Below, in pieces: positions 12,534 to 25,418 of a DNA stretch of 64,000 nucleotides (its first letter is position 1; the number at the start of each line of letters is the position of its first letter). The notes under the pieces are model-generated. The model saw nothing but the letters and a program-made list of their open reading frames with translations. It searched no databases and had not been told where the DNA came from. The position numbers and the translations under genes are program-made. The DNA is from Botryllus schlosseri (Eukaryota), in the NCBI GenBank assembly GCA_051294905.1, contig CM119371.1, positions 39,620,001-39,684,000 on the forward strand, read 5' to 3'.

Positions 12534-14229
12534 ATCTAAATGAATAATCACAATTAAATGAATAATCACAATTATCTCAATGATGCACCAAACAATACAA
12601 TATTCGAATCCCATATACCCCTAATCTTGGCTAATTTGAATCACTGACAGAAACTTATTACCAGCACCAATCGACTAATCGGAACTCATGCACAATACGC
12701 CGTCATTTCCCGTACACAGGGAACACGAGTATAACAATGCGTCCCCTTGAGCAATAATGATTCCACATGAACAACCGTTTCTTTCATTATTTAAGCCGTT
12801 TCCATGTGCAGGTTTCGTTGGCAGAGTGACCATATATGGGCATAGCTTTCATGACTCAGCAAAATTACTCTGCCAAGTGGTTGCCCCGATCGGTCAGCGG
12901 TTGTCAGAGTAATTCACGGTCGGCAGAGTATCTTGCTCCGCTCTTCTTGGCTACGGTCGTCTGTTTACTATCGCAGTCACTGGGGCGTTTCTTGTGTATC
13001 GAGGATCAGCTAACTGCGGGAATAATTGAATTTGGACTTTACTATTGATAGACGTATTACTTTATTGTTACTTAACAAAACAGAATGATTTGAAAGCAGC
13101 CTGGAGTTGCCGGTGATGCATCAAGCGCAGCAGGATGCCATTTTTTTGGTGCAAGTGGACTGTGTTATCGAGTATAGGAAGGCGCGCCAGGAACGTCAAC
13201 TTCCATTATTGATATCCCATTCGTGGTAATTCTTCAGATTTTCTGTGTATGTGGTACCGGTATCGCGGTATGTAGGATGTATACTGTATAGCTTTTTACC
13301 AGTACTCATTTTTTATAATGCAGGTACGGTACTTCAAGGAACACCAAGAGAAGGAAATTGAAATCTGGAAGAATAATAAGGCTCTGAAAGTGATAAGCGA
13401 CGACCTCGACGAACAGCTCGAATTCTTGAAGGAGTGTGCGGAAAGACATTTGCAACAAATTGCCAGCATGTGGAATGTGGATGACGCAGCCCATGGACCG
13501 CCTTCTCGACTAGCTATCACCAATATTCTGACATCTATTTCCAATCAGAATATGTTCGAATAGATCAATGACTGATGCTTTGTTGAATTGATGGTTTCTT
13601 TTGAAACATGCAAACAGAGACGAATTTGTAGCCTATAAAATCATAGTCAGGATTGAAAGGATAGGCAGCAATGGTTCGGCGACCTTCGCTACATCGGCGG
13701 TATTTGGTAGGACGCATTAACAACAATCCTCGGCGGGATATCAACGTTGCTGATTTAAATACTGTCCTGATATTATCCATAGCTATACACTGTAGCACCC
13801 TACAGCAAAAGTTCCTTTTGGAAGATTTTCTCTGTATAGGCCTTGTTCACCACTCCGGGTATCTTGACAGAAACATCTCTAAAAGCTATAGAATTCCACA
13901 AACTATTTAGCTGGTACTTTATCGTCGATATCCTCCAACACGAACTTTTCACTACTAAGTACCGGTACCGATTGTCAATTTTTGTTCACCGACGTTTATC
14001 GGCCGCTGATCATGATCATGCACTGTACGAGTGTACGACTGTGCGTACACATGGAAACGCGGCCACCATTCCTTGGCTCAGCCAATGCGGGCTAAGCCAA
14101 GTGGTGGCCGCACATGGAAACGGCTTAAATGACTTTTTCCTTTGGCATTCTCTCGAATGTCCTACGAAAAAGTGCTGACTCAGCATATTTCTAGTAACGA
14201 GGTTTGAGTTTTTTCCGTCTACTCCCATT

Positions 14230-15170
14230 ATAGAGAATTTCGCACCCCGCCATAATGTGTCCTATTCTTGCTGTATAATATCGGCAGGTATTGGTCCTTT
14301 GCATAGTATCACTTCAGGGTTCTGTGATTGTAGCAGTATGAGCCCGCTGTTTCTGGCTTCTGCGGCATTCACGCGAAAAGCAACATTTCGCATTTTGGAT
14401 TTTTGCGTATTTGTCTTGCTCAGATGAATAAATTTCCAATGTATTCGTTCAATGCCCAATAATACGAGATGTTTTGAATTTGATTTGGTCGTCATGTGGT
14501 ACAATACGTCGTTGCCTCAGTACTCCTTATACGGGGGAGGTGTTCCTTTAGTGTGTCCGTGTGCGGTGGCCAGTCCCGCGTCCGAAACTATAGCCCTGTC
14601 GCACGGTTTCATGATGGTTTTAATTTCTTCAATACCCATCCGCATCGCCAGTTTTCTTTCGATTATTCGACAGGTCTCTTCCCAAGGGTGGTATCCGTCA
14701 ATTGAGTCATTGCAATGCTCGTGTCGACAGTGAAACATCAACGTTCGTTGTATTTTTTCTTCTCTGAGGATTGTCCGCGGATACGGAGGTTTTTCATGTT
14801 CCGAAATAAGGGCCCAAACGGGTGGATCGTCGTCCCCCGCGGTCATCTCCATCCAGTAGGATCGAGGAAATCCATCTGACGTAAATACTGCTAATGTGCT
14901 TAAGTGGACTACCTCCTTTATCTGGAATCCAAAGAGATGGTTGAGCCCTCTTTGAATAAGGAGACTTGGGCTCGGATTTTTCGCCGTGTCCGTCATCCTT
15001 TTAAGAATCTCGAACACCCCTGTGTTGTTAGTAATTATCGTAAAGGGTATGGCGCGCAGCATCGACTGCCATTTTTCCACCGAATCAGTAAAGGCTTTTA
15101 GTTATTTAGTGCATGGTTCATAGGCATTCGCCGCTAGAGTTAACAGATTTGGACTGTACTATCGAGTGCG
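14230..15170 (-). pseudogene. Gypsy-like RNase H C-terminus and integrase relic
   Basis: AYEPCTK*LKAFTDSVEKWQSMLRAIPFTIITNN resembles the RNase H motif ELLA...W..YL...FTI.TD. HPWEETCRIIERK...IKTIMKPCD resembles the integrase zinc-binding region. A decayed core follows. Confidence 0.65.
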
Positions 15171-15203
15171 ACTTGCGCTGTCTTGTAATCTTGCAATAAC
15201 TCT

Positions 15204-15470
15204 TCAGACACAAGTACTGGCGTCATTCATTTTCTGAGGAGCAACAAAAATAGCTAACTTCCATTCGACAAAACCTTGTTCGATGACGCCCAAATCCAGG
15301 AAGTTCTCTACCGCCTCTTTTAATGCTTTTGCCTGGCCCTCCCCCTTTAGATTATAAGGACCAGAAACAAAAGGCTTGGTTGAGGGATCCTTAAGCTCGA
15401 TGTCGCATGGATACTTCATAGTCTGTGGGGCGCCAAGGTGAGTAGTGTTATTATCGACCTTATAGACCGC
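15204..15470 (-). pseudogene. Gypsy-like reverse transcriptase N-terminus only
   Basis: CDIELKDPSTKPFVSGPYNL...LKEAVENFLDLGVIEQ...W..AIFVAPQK. The YxDD core is absent: only about 100 bp separate this from the RNase H relic. Confidence 0.75.
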
Positions 15471-17459
15471 CCCTCAGGCTATTTAGAATGTAAACACTCT
15501 CATAATATAATTTGCGTCGGACTATGCCCGGTTTATGATGTCATCACAGAGGAATTAGGCGACTGCAATGTTTTGTGAATTTCAATACCGATTTTCCATG
15601 TGTATTTAGCAATATGTATTGAATACCTATGCGATTTTGAGCGCTGCGACTTGATAATATCAATCCCTACGCTTCTGATGTATGATTTTTTGTGATAAGG
15701 GCCTTGATAACATTCAGAGTCTGCAACGATTGTTTGGATATACATTATAGCAATTCCCCACTAAACTATAGGCGGTTATATTACTCTATTGGTCAGAGAT
15801 AACTCATCCGTCCATATTTTTAAACTTGATTTTATGTCTACAAGTTACGGTCTCTGCAGGCTCCACATTTTACGACTTATTTTCATTAGACGCAGGCAAG
15901 CGATTCTCAAGTTCGGAGCTACGGAAACAAATCACTCGCATGTGCGCGTTCCGAAGTCGTAACAGCTGAGTAGCATATACGCGAATCCCAAGGCGAAAAT
16001 AATCGAACTAGAACAATAGCCGCAGGCGTGCGATTCGCAGGGCTTTATTTATACAAACACTTTCGATACCTGTACGCGAACCCCAGCGTCATAACGATAA
16101 GGTCTAATTAGCGCGTTCTGAAACCGTAAATTTAGTCAACATCATTGAGATAGCCCTGATTTAAAGATGATCATCGAGTGTGACGATAGCACTCGCCAAG
16201 GTTATACTATCTTAACCTTAAACTACTCTCTACTTCACAAAATATAAAGTTATAAAAGTAAATAATCCAGTGATCTATTTTCAATCACTATATTTTTCAT
16301 TAATCAAAACTAAGAACTGTTAGTAGGCAAACCCTAGGAAAGTATCCTCTGATAAAAGCAGGAGTAATTTGTTATCCGTGAAATAAATAGATGGTGCGCA
16401 ATATGAGCGGTGCTGCGATGACTGACAAATACTTTGAATTAACGTATAGAAGTAGCGATTTCGAACTACGTAAAAAGTTAGTCCAGCTCACGCATCTTCA
16501 TTTTCAAAAGTCAAAACACGACGTTTTTTGTAAAATGAATACTAATTTTATTAAAAATAGGAAAAAAAGAGCAAAAAATTACATTTTATCCCCGAACGCA
16601 ACAAGAAAAATCGTATGAATTTGTAAACGACTTATTCATGACATAATATTAATTCTACTTGTACACTTTTTCACATTTTATAACACTTTTAGTAGTACTT
16701 AACAGTTTCAGTTTTAAATAAAATTCAGAATATAAACTAATCGAAAAATTCGGTAACCAATTTCGCGTAGGCTATGCATACAAATGAGGAACGTTACATC
16801 AACGCGTGTTAACTAGTTGTATTATGTAGCTTGTAATTCATGCAAGTAAGTCGGACAAATTCGTCGCATGAACACGACTCTAATGGACATAAAGAAATGA
16901 AAATTTTGTAAAGTAGATATTTTCGGTATGCTAAATTCGTCTACGCGGTGCTAGTCTTCTTGACCGCATGAAATAGGATGTTTTAGCTTCAACCTCAACG
17001 CATTAGCACACCGAATTTAAATATAGGCGATAAATAATATACAGTAGCTCCAAATTTAATGAAAAAATAAAAATGCGCGAAAAATTGCATTTATCCTGGA
17101 ACGCACCAAGAAAAACCGTATGAATTTGTAAAGTAGTTAGAAAACACGCAAAAAGTCGGTATTGCTTTGTGATGGTTTTGATGTTGTTCCATACCGATTT
17201 GGAAGATAGTACACTTAATTACGTAACTAACTACTTCTATTAAACTTCTATACTGAATCTTGTAAAGTATAATGAAAAGTGAAACTAATCGAAAAATTCA
17301 CCTCGCTTCAATTTCGATGTACAAAAAAAAACCACAAACTAAGTTTGCTTTCAGAGTCGGAAATTAAATGCATAAAAAAAATTTAAGTAGGTTTTCCTCA
17401 CACGCAACAAATATACTCAAGTGTTTAATTGAATCCCAACTCGAAACTTGATACGTAGT

Positions 17460-18070
17460 TGTAGGACATTATGGCAATGCACCATGCTAAATTTCATCAC
17501 ACATCTAATTATGGAACACCTTTAAAACTAACGCAGTCGAATGCCGACTTTACGCATATCTGTTTTGCATAAACATAGCATATACCTATACATAGTCAAT
17601 TTTAATAACAGAATTAGCATGCTAAACTTACGCAGTTGTAAGACATTATGACAATGTACTATGTCAAATTTTGTTACGCATTTCATGATTGAACAACTTG
17701 AAAACTCGCGGTTGTAGGACATTATGAAAATACACCATACCAAACTTCGTCAGACATTTCCTGATGTAAAACCTTTAAAACTAACGCAGTTCGCTACAGA
17801 CTTTTGCGTAAATCTGTTTTTCGGTAGCGCAGCACGTACCTATGCATAGTCAACAGTAAAACGGAATTACCATGTTAATAATCGACTCCCCACCTTGAAA
17901 CTCGGTACACAGTTGTAAGACATTACGGCAATGTACCATGTCAAATTTTGTTACGCATTTCATGATTGAACAACTTAAAACTAACGCAGTTCTATACCGA
18001 CATCCGCGTGAATCTGTTTTGCGGGAGCGTAGCACATACTTATGCGTAGTCAACTTTAATGATGGAATTA
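17460..18070. repeat. Diverged copies of a ~200-bp tandem repeat
   Basis: Recurring GACATTATG.CAATG.ACCAT...AAATTT and TTTAAAACTAACGCAGT motifs; same family as 20530-21625. Confidence 0.8.
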
Positions 18071-19058
18071 CAGATGAAATTAAGTTTCAACACTTTTACA
18101 ACGATTCTTCTTGCTTCCTATAACATTCCACTCGAAGCCCTCGTTATTAGGCTATGATCTAAGCCTGAGCTATGTCTTGAAGCCTACGGGACTCTGTTAT
18201 TCGTAAATAGCTACTTCTACCTTAATTTAATGGATTTATCTGAGATCATTGCTTTACTTAATCCCTCCAAAATGTGCATTATACCAGTACGTCACCATCG
18301 AAGGACCTCTGGCTATAACTATCTAGCAGTATAATTGCAGCAAATACTCGGGTACTAATTTTAAAGTAGCTTAGGTATCTAAATGAGCTCTGAGTCGCTG
18401 TTATCTCGCATCTGACCATGGAGTTAACACCGCTATTACCTTTGCTCACTGATGAAAAAGATGAAAGTTATTAAAGAAAGCAGATTTGTATGAAAACTCG
18501 TTAAATAGAAGTAAAAGTAGCCTAGAAACATAACTACTTACTGAAAAATCGTTACGTAGAAGTGGGGTTAGTCTACGAACATAACCACTTACTTACTTTG
18601 AAATCTCAACTTGTACTTGTATTCGTACTTTACCTTTACACGTCGTTTTTGTATAATGGATACTAATTTTATTAAAAATAAACAAAAAGCGCGAAAAATT
18701 ACATTTTATCCCGGAACGTAGCAAGAAAAAGCGTATAAATTTTGTAAAGTAGATAGAAAACTACACTATTCCGATGCACTGAAGACTCTTACACTCTGGA
18801 TTTTGTGCAGTATATACTAATTTTACATTGCGGAGTATTCCATAAACGTTAATCCAGTGATCCTTCTTCTATTTTCAATCACGATCCGCTTATTATTCTA
18901 GGCTTCGAAGCCCACACCCAGTACGTTTTATGAGGATTAATATTTTTAGATTAAATATAGCGTATCGAGACTTCGTGAAAGTTACTTGGAAATAGTTATT
19001 TCTACCCTAATTTAATAGATTTCTCAGATATCGTAGCAACGGAACTGGGTTGAGGGGG

Positions 19059-19100
19059 GCGGTTAAGGCGTTGGACTTAAGTTTCAATGAACAAGTGTTC
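19059..19100 (+). pseudogene. tRNA-Leu(TAA) fragment (D arm to variable arm)
   Basis: GCGGTTAAGGCGTTGGACTTAAGTTTCAATGAACAAGTGTTC resembles the metazoan tRNA-Leu(UAA) core. Confidence 0.75.
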
Positions 19101-19265
19101 TAAATTACTCATGTTTTCAACATAAACTAAACGCAAAGTGCACGAATTTCCATATTGATCAAATACCACAAACTTTGCTTGCTTTCAGAGTTAGTAACTA
19201 AGCGCGTAACAGAATTTACCTAAAAAATGTCAGTACTCCGAAAATTTTGTAAAGTATAGCTTTTT

Positions 19266-19326
19266 GGCGTTGGACTTAAGTTCCAATGAACAAGTGTTCG
19301 CGTAGGTTCGAATCCCACACCCACTA
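19266..19326 (+). pseudogene. 5'-truncated tRNA-Leu(TAA)
   Basis: Anticodon stem TTGGA-CTTAAGT-TCCAA, variable arm GAACA-AG-TGTTC, B-box GGTTCGAATCC, followed by TTTT. Acceptor 5' strand and D arm are missing. Confidence 0.85.
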
Positions 19327-20529
19327 CGTTTTACGAGAATTAATATTTTTAGATTCAAATTTAGCGTATTGAGTACTTTTTCTGCCTTTTTCAGCGCATT
19401 AGAGACGTTTACACTATGGATTTCGTGAGCTTTACTTGAGTTTTATAAATTAACGTAAAAGTAGTCATTTCAGAGTAAGTAAAACGTTCGTATTGTAGGT
19501 TCATTTCTGCTTAATACTATAATTATCATGGAGTTGAAGCAGCCCAATATCAAAAACACTCGAAAGTATTTGTTGCATATAGCTAAAAACCTAATTGAGT
19601 ACTCTGAAGAAGTACAAGTAGCACAGTTTGTGGTATTTGTATGACATCGAAATTTAGCTAACCAGAACTTATACTTGAGTACTCCGAAATGTACAAGTAC
19701 TTTACCTTTACACGACGTTTCCGTAAAATGAATACTAATTTTATTAAAAAATAAAAAAGCACGAAAAATTACATTTTATCCCAAACCATCAGAATACTAA
19801 AGTATAGCTTCTCGCGTATATGTACCTAATACTAAAGTGTTTAAGATTTCAGTTTGCTTCAACTTCATGACATTTTCAGTATTAAACAGAAGTATAGACC
19901 TAGAATGCTAACTTTCTTCGTAAATAGCTACTCCTGCCCTAATTTAACGGATTTATCTGAGATCATTGCTTTACTTAATCTCTCCAAAATGTGCATTATG
20001 CAAGTACGTCACCATCGAATCCCTCTGGCTATAACTATCTGGTAGTATAATTGTGGCAAATACTCGAGTACTAATTTTAAAGTAGCTTAGGTATCTAAAT
20101 GAGCTCCGAGTCGCTGTTATCTCGCATCGAGCCATGGAGTTAACACCGGTATCACCTTCGCTCACTGATGAAAAAGATGAAATTATACTCAAGTATAGGT
20201 TTTGCTTTGGTATCACAGAATACTAAAGTAGCTTATTGCGTATATGTACCTAATACTAAAGTGTTTATCATTTCAGATCGCTTCAACTTCATGACATTTT
20301 CAGTATTACACAGAAGTATAGACCTAGAATGCTAACTTTCTTCGTAAATAGCTACTTCTAGCTTAATTTATTGGATTTTATCTTAGATCATTGCTTTACT
20401 TAATCTCTCCAAAATATGCATTATACAAGTACGTCACCATCGAATCCCTCAGGCTATAACTATCTGGCAGTATAATTGCTGCAAATACTCGAGTACTAAT
20501 TTTAAAGTAGCTTAGGTATCTAAATGATC

Positions 20530-21625
20530 TCTAGGACATTGTGATTATGCAGCATACAAAATTTCATCACACATTTCATGATGGAACACCTTTAAAACTA
20601 ACGCAGTCGAATACCGACTTTTACGCATATCTGTTTTGCGTGAACATAGCATATACCTATATACATAGTCAATTTTAATAGCAGAATTACCGTGTTAAAC
20701 ATTGAATTCCCACCTTGAAAGTTGGTACGCGGTTATAGGACATTATAACAATGCACCATACCAAATCCAATCACACATTTCATGATGGAACAACTTTAAA
20801 GCTAACGCGGCTCTACATCGACTTTTTGCGTACATCTGTTTTGCGGGAGCGTATAGCACGTACCCATACATAGCCAACTTTAATAACGGAATTACCATGC
20901 TTAACATTGAATCCCAACTCGAAACTTGATACGTAGTTGTAGTACATTATGGCAATGCACCATGCTAAATTTCATCACATATCTAATGGTGGAACACCTT
21001 TGAAACTATCGCAGTCGAATACCGACTTTTACGCATATCTGTTTTTCGTTAACATAGCATACCCATAGTCAATTTTAATAACAGAATTAGCATGCTAAAC
21101 ATTAAATTCTCACCTTGAACGTTGGTACGCAGTTGTAGGACATAATAACAATGCACCATACCAAATGTCGTCAGACATTTCATGATGTAACACCTTTAAA
21201 ACCAACGCAGTTCTATACAGACTTTTGGCTAAATCTGTTTTTCCGTAGCGTAGCACGTACCTATACATAGTCAACTTTAATAACGGAATTACCATGTTAA
21301 TAATCGACTCCCCATTTTGAAACTCGGTACGCAGTTGTAAGACATTATGACAATGCACCATGTCAAATTTTGTTACGCATTCCATGATTCAACAACTTTA
21401 AAACTAACGCAGTTCCATACCGACTTTTGCGGGAGCGTAGCACGTACCTATGCATACTCAACTTTAATAATGGAATTACCGAGCTAAACATTGAATGCGC
21501 AACTTGAAGATTGGTTCACAGGTATAGGACATTATGACAATGGAACATATCAAATTTTATCACACATTTCATGATGGAACACCTTTAAAACTAACGCAGT
21601 TCTATACCAACTTCGCGTGAATCTG
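20530..21625. repeat. ~200-bp satellite-like tandem array (about 5.5 units), possibly Helentron/HINE core repeats
   Basis: Unit starts near 20532, 20737, 20940, 21137, 21338 and 21525. Confidence 0.85.
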
Positions 21626-21630
21626 TTTGT

Positions 21631-21763
21631 GGGTATTCATTGAGTTGTATAAGCATAAAAAACATTCCCGCGCGCTCCTAAACCTAACACTTCCTACCCT
21701 ACCACCTAATACTAAGACGCGCGCGGGAATGTTTTTTATGCTTATACAACTCAATGAATACCC
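21631..21763. mobile_element. Small foldback element with telomere-like CCTAA loop
   Basis: ~45-bp inverted arms GGGTATTCATTGAGTTG...CAACTCAATGAATACCC around a CCTAAACCTAAC...CCTACC loop. Paralog at 23664-23788. Confidence 0.85.
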
Positions 21764-22033
21764 ATCGGCCTGCTTACTACATTTTAAAGATTCTCTCCAC
21801 TATCGTGTATACAAGAATATACTTGTAACATGATAAGTATATTATAATTAATCTTATCAGCGCGGCATAGTACATTCGAGTAAATTCATTTAATTAGCTT
21901 ATGTTTATGAAATTATTTGGTTTCCGAATTCTATCTAAAACTGAAACTGACGAGTATCGGTAAAAGCAGTCTTAAACCGTAGTCACTTATTACGTGGAGG
22001 GAGTCGATAGCGAAGTACTCGTGCATTTTGTAG

Positions 22034-22653
22034 TACTCAAGTATAGGTTTTATCTGCTTTCGAACTGTCCTAAACGCAGTCTCCAAACGTCTCCGCTATA
22101 GCGATGTCGAAGTCAATGAAAAATATAAAGAATATTTACCCGATGAGCGAATGTTCCTGATGATAGCTGATGAAATTTGCAAAGATACCAAAGAAAATTG
22201 GGGCAGGATTGTGACCCTTTTTGTGTTCGGTAGCATTCTTGCTCGCAAGAACGAGGATGAACATCATGGGGAGCATATAGAAGCTATCATACAGACAGTC
22301 GGAAATTACATTGCTAGCAGAAGACTGAAGTGGATAGTGCGAAATGGAGGATGGGTGGGTGATTTACATGCTTTGCTTAGGATTTATAAATTATCTTTTA
22401 GCATGAGATATATAGTGTATCCGCTCCCTCGGAGCCCATATCATCTCTCGATGATGAAACTCAGCTTTACCTTCCAATTCGGTTCCCGATACGATAACTT
22501 TCATCCGTATGATCATTAAGGCTTCTATTTTTGTTGTAGGATGGCTTTGTAGAATTCTTTGATAATACCGCTTTCGACTACAATAAAGTTTGGAAGGGAC
22601 TCGTGTTTGTCGGGATCGGACTGACATCTATTGCAATGGCATTATCAAGATAA
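22034..22653 (+). CDS. Bcl-2 family (Mcl-1-like) gene, two exons: 22034-22354 and 22540-22653; 5' end unresolved
   Basis: BH3-like KRLRYSDVEVNEKY, BH1 NWGRIVTLFVFG, and BH2 WIVRNGGW|DGFVEFF split by a 185-bp GT-AG phase-0 intron. C-terminal anchor GLVFVGIGLTSIAMALSR*; AATAAA at 22692. Confidence 0.88.
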
Positions 22654-24798
22654 CGGATGTTCGCGTGTTTTGTCTCATGTAATATTTTAAGAATAAAATT
22701 CTTCATCGTTTAATCGCATCCATTTTACTGTAGGACCTATACAGTTTCTTCTGAGAATACTCGAAGGATTGCACCCATATGGAAACCTTCTTTATACTTT
22801 TAATTTTTCTAATTTCTACAGCTACGTAAGGAAATTGTTAGGATTACCCAGAATACATTGCAGGTCAAATTTGATTCGATTACGAGCATTATAGCGACAG
22901 AGATTTACGATAGTGTAAAATGACCTACCTTACGATATCAAATTTCGTCTTCTCTCCAAGTGGAAATATCATGTTATATAATATTGTCCATACCGAACAA
23001 ATATAAATTTGCCCGTGCTGTTGCTTTGCAAGAATACTTCGCTCACATAGTAACCAATTTCTGGTGTATCCCGAATCGATATAGACAGAAGTGCGGAAAG
23101 TTACATTGACATGTCTTAACTTCTGCCATAGATGTTGCGTTTCTAACTACTTAAAAGTTGCTAGAGCTCACGCTGTTTTATCGTCGTATTGACGTTCGTT
23201 TTGAAAAGTATAGCATGCTCAATGGTTAATGTTCACATTATTCAGTTAATTAGGTTTTGCGCAAAGAAAAATAAAATTCACGCAAAAGTCGCTATTGCTC
23301 CGCGATGATTTTGATGTTGTTCCATACCGATTTAGGAGGTAGTACACTTTGTATTAACTTCTGCCATAGAAGTTGCGTTTCTGGCTACTTAAAAGTTGCT
23401 AGAGCTCACGCTGTTTTATCGTCGTATTGACGTTCGTTTTGAAAAGTATAGCATGCTCAATGGTTCATGTTCACATTATTCAGTTTAATTAGGTTTTGCG
23501 CAAAGAAAAATAAAATTCACGCAAAAGTCGCTATTGCTCCGCGATGATTTTGATGTTGTTCCATACCGATTTGGGAGGTAGTACACTTAATTTCGTAAAG
23601 TACGCATATTCGCGGCGTGTTCAATTAACTCATGTGGCTCTAAAATGTAGTAAGCAGGGTGATGGGTATTCGTTGAGTTGAATAACCATAAAAAATATTC
23701 CCGCGCCCTCCTAAACCCAACTATTCCTAACCCCTACAACCTAGGGCGCGGGAATATTTTTTATGGTTATTCAACTCAACGAATACCCATCACCCTGCTT
23801 ACTACATTTTAGAGCCACATGAGTTAATTGAACACGCCGCGAATATGCGTACTTTACGAAATTAAGTGTACTACCTCCCAAATCGGTATGGAACAACATC
23901 AAAATCATCGCGGAGCAATAGCGACTTTTGCGTGAATTTTATTTTTCTTTGCGCAAAACCTAATTAAACTGAATAATGTGAACATGAACCATTGAGCATG
24001 CTATACTTTTCAAAACGAACGTCAATACGACGATAAAACAGCGTGAGCTCTAGCAACTTTTAAGTAGCCAGAAACGCAACTTCTATGGCAGAAGTTAATA
24101 CAAAGTGTACTACCTCCCAAATCGGTATGGAACAACATCAAAATCATCGCGGAGCAATAGCGACTTTTGCGTGAATTTTATTTTTCTTTGCGCAAAACCT
24201 AATTAACTGAATAATGTGAACATTAACCATTGAGCATGCTATACTTTTCAAAACGAACGTCAATACGACGATAAAACAGCGTGAGCTCTAGCAACTTTTA
24301 AGTAGTTAGAAACGCAACATCTATGGCAGAAGTTAAGACATGTCAATGTAACTTTCCGCACTTCTGTCTATATCGATTCGGGATCCACCAGAAATTGGTT
24401 ACTATGTGAGCGAAGTATTCTTGCAAAGCAACAGCACGGGCAAATTTATATTTGTTCGGTATGGACAATATTATATAACATGATATTTCCACTTGGAGAG
24501 AAGACGAAATTTGATATCGTAAGGTAGGTCATTTTACACTATCGTAAATCTCTGTCGCTATAATGCTCGTAATCGAATCAAATTTGACCTGCAATGTATT
24601 CTGGGTAATCCTAACAATTTCCTTACGTAGCTGTAGAAATTAGAAAAATTAAAAGTATAAAGAAGGTTTCCATATGGGTGCAATCCTTCGAGTATTCTCA
24701 GAAGAAACTGTATAGGTCCTACAGTAAAATGGATGCGATTAAACGATGAAGAATTTTATTCTTAAAATATTACATGAGACAAAACACGCGAACATCCG

Positions 24799-25418
24799 TT
24801 ATCTTGATAATGCCATTGCAATAGATGTCAGTCCGATCCCGACAAACACGAGTCCCTTCCAAACTTTATTGTAGTCGAAAGCGGTATTATCAAAGAATTC
24901 TACAAAGCCATCCTACAACAAAAATAGAAGCCTTAATGATCATACGGATGAAAGTTATCGTATCGGGAACCGAATTGGAAGGTAAAGCTGAGTTTCATCA
25001 TCGAGAGATGATATGGGCTCCGAGGGAGCGGATACACTATATATCTCATGCTAAAAGATAATTTATAAATCCTAAGCAAAGCATGTAAATCACCCACCCA
25101 TCCTCCATTTCGCACTATCCACTTCAGTCTTCTGCTAGCAATGTAATTTCCGACTGTCTGTATGATAGCTTCTATATGCTCCTCATGATGTTCATCCTCG
25201 TTCTTGCGAGCAAGAATGCTACCGAACACAAAAAGGGTCACAATCCTGCCCCAATTTTCTTTGGTATCTTTGCAAATTTCATCAGCTATCATCAGGAACA
25301 TTCGCTCATCGGGTAAATATTCTTTATATTTTTCATTGACTTCGACATCGCTATAGCGGAGACGTTTGGAGACTGCGTTTAGGACAGTTCGAAAGCAGAT
25401 AAAACCTATACTTGAGTA
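24799..25418 (-). CDS. Second, mirror-image copy of the Mcl-1/Bcl-2-like gene (exons 25418-25098 and 24912-24799)
   Basis: Reverse complement of 22034-22653, with one amino-acid difference (HHEEH vs HHGEH). Confidence 0.88.

Noticed and set aside
6444..12736. Conventional ~490-bp LTR (after removing the MITE array) with PPT-like AAGGGGACGCAT on the minus strand
   Set aside because: No second copy found in the window, and its end does not match the 47484 terminus, so it is not called as an LTR.
21901..21963. Possible first coding exon (MFMKLFGFRIL...) for the Bcl-2-like gene
   Set aside because: Resembles repeat DNA at about 16690-16760 in reverse, and would need a weak AAG acceptor.
22355..22519. 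C-terminal part of the listed 122-aa Bcl-2 ORF, and the antisense 78-aa ORFs
   Set aside because: Intron read-through and antisense shadow; the spliced exon gives the canonical BH2 and membrane anchor.
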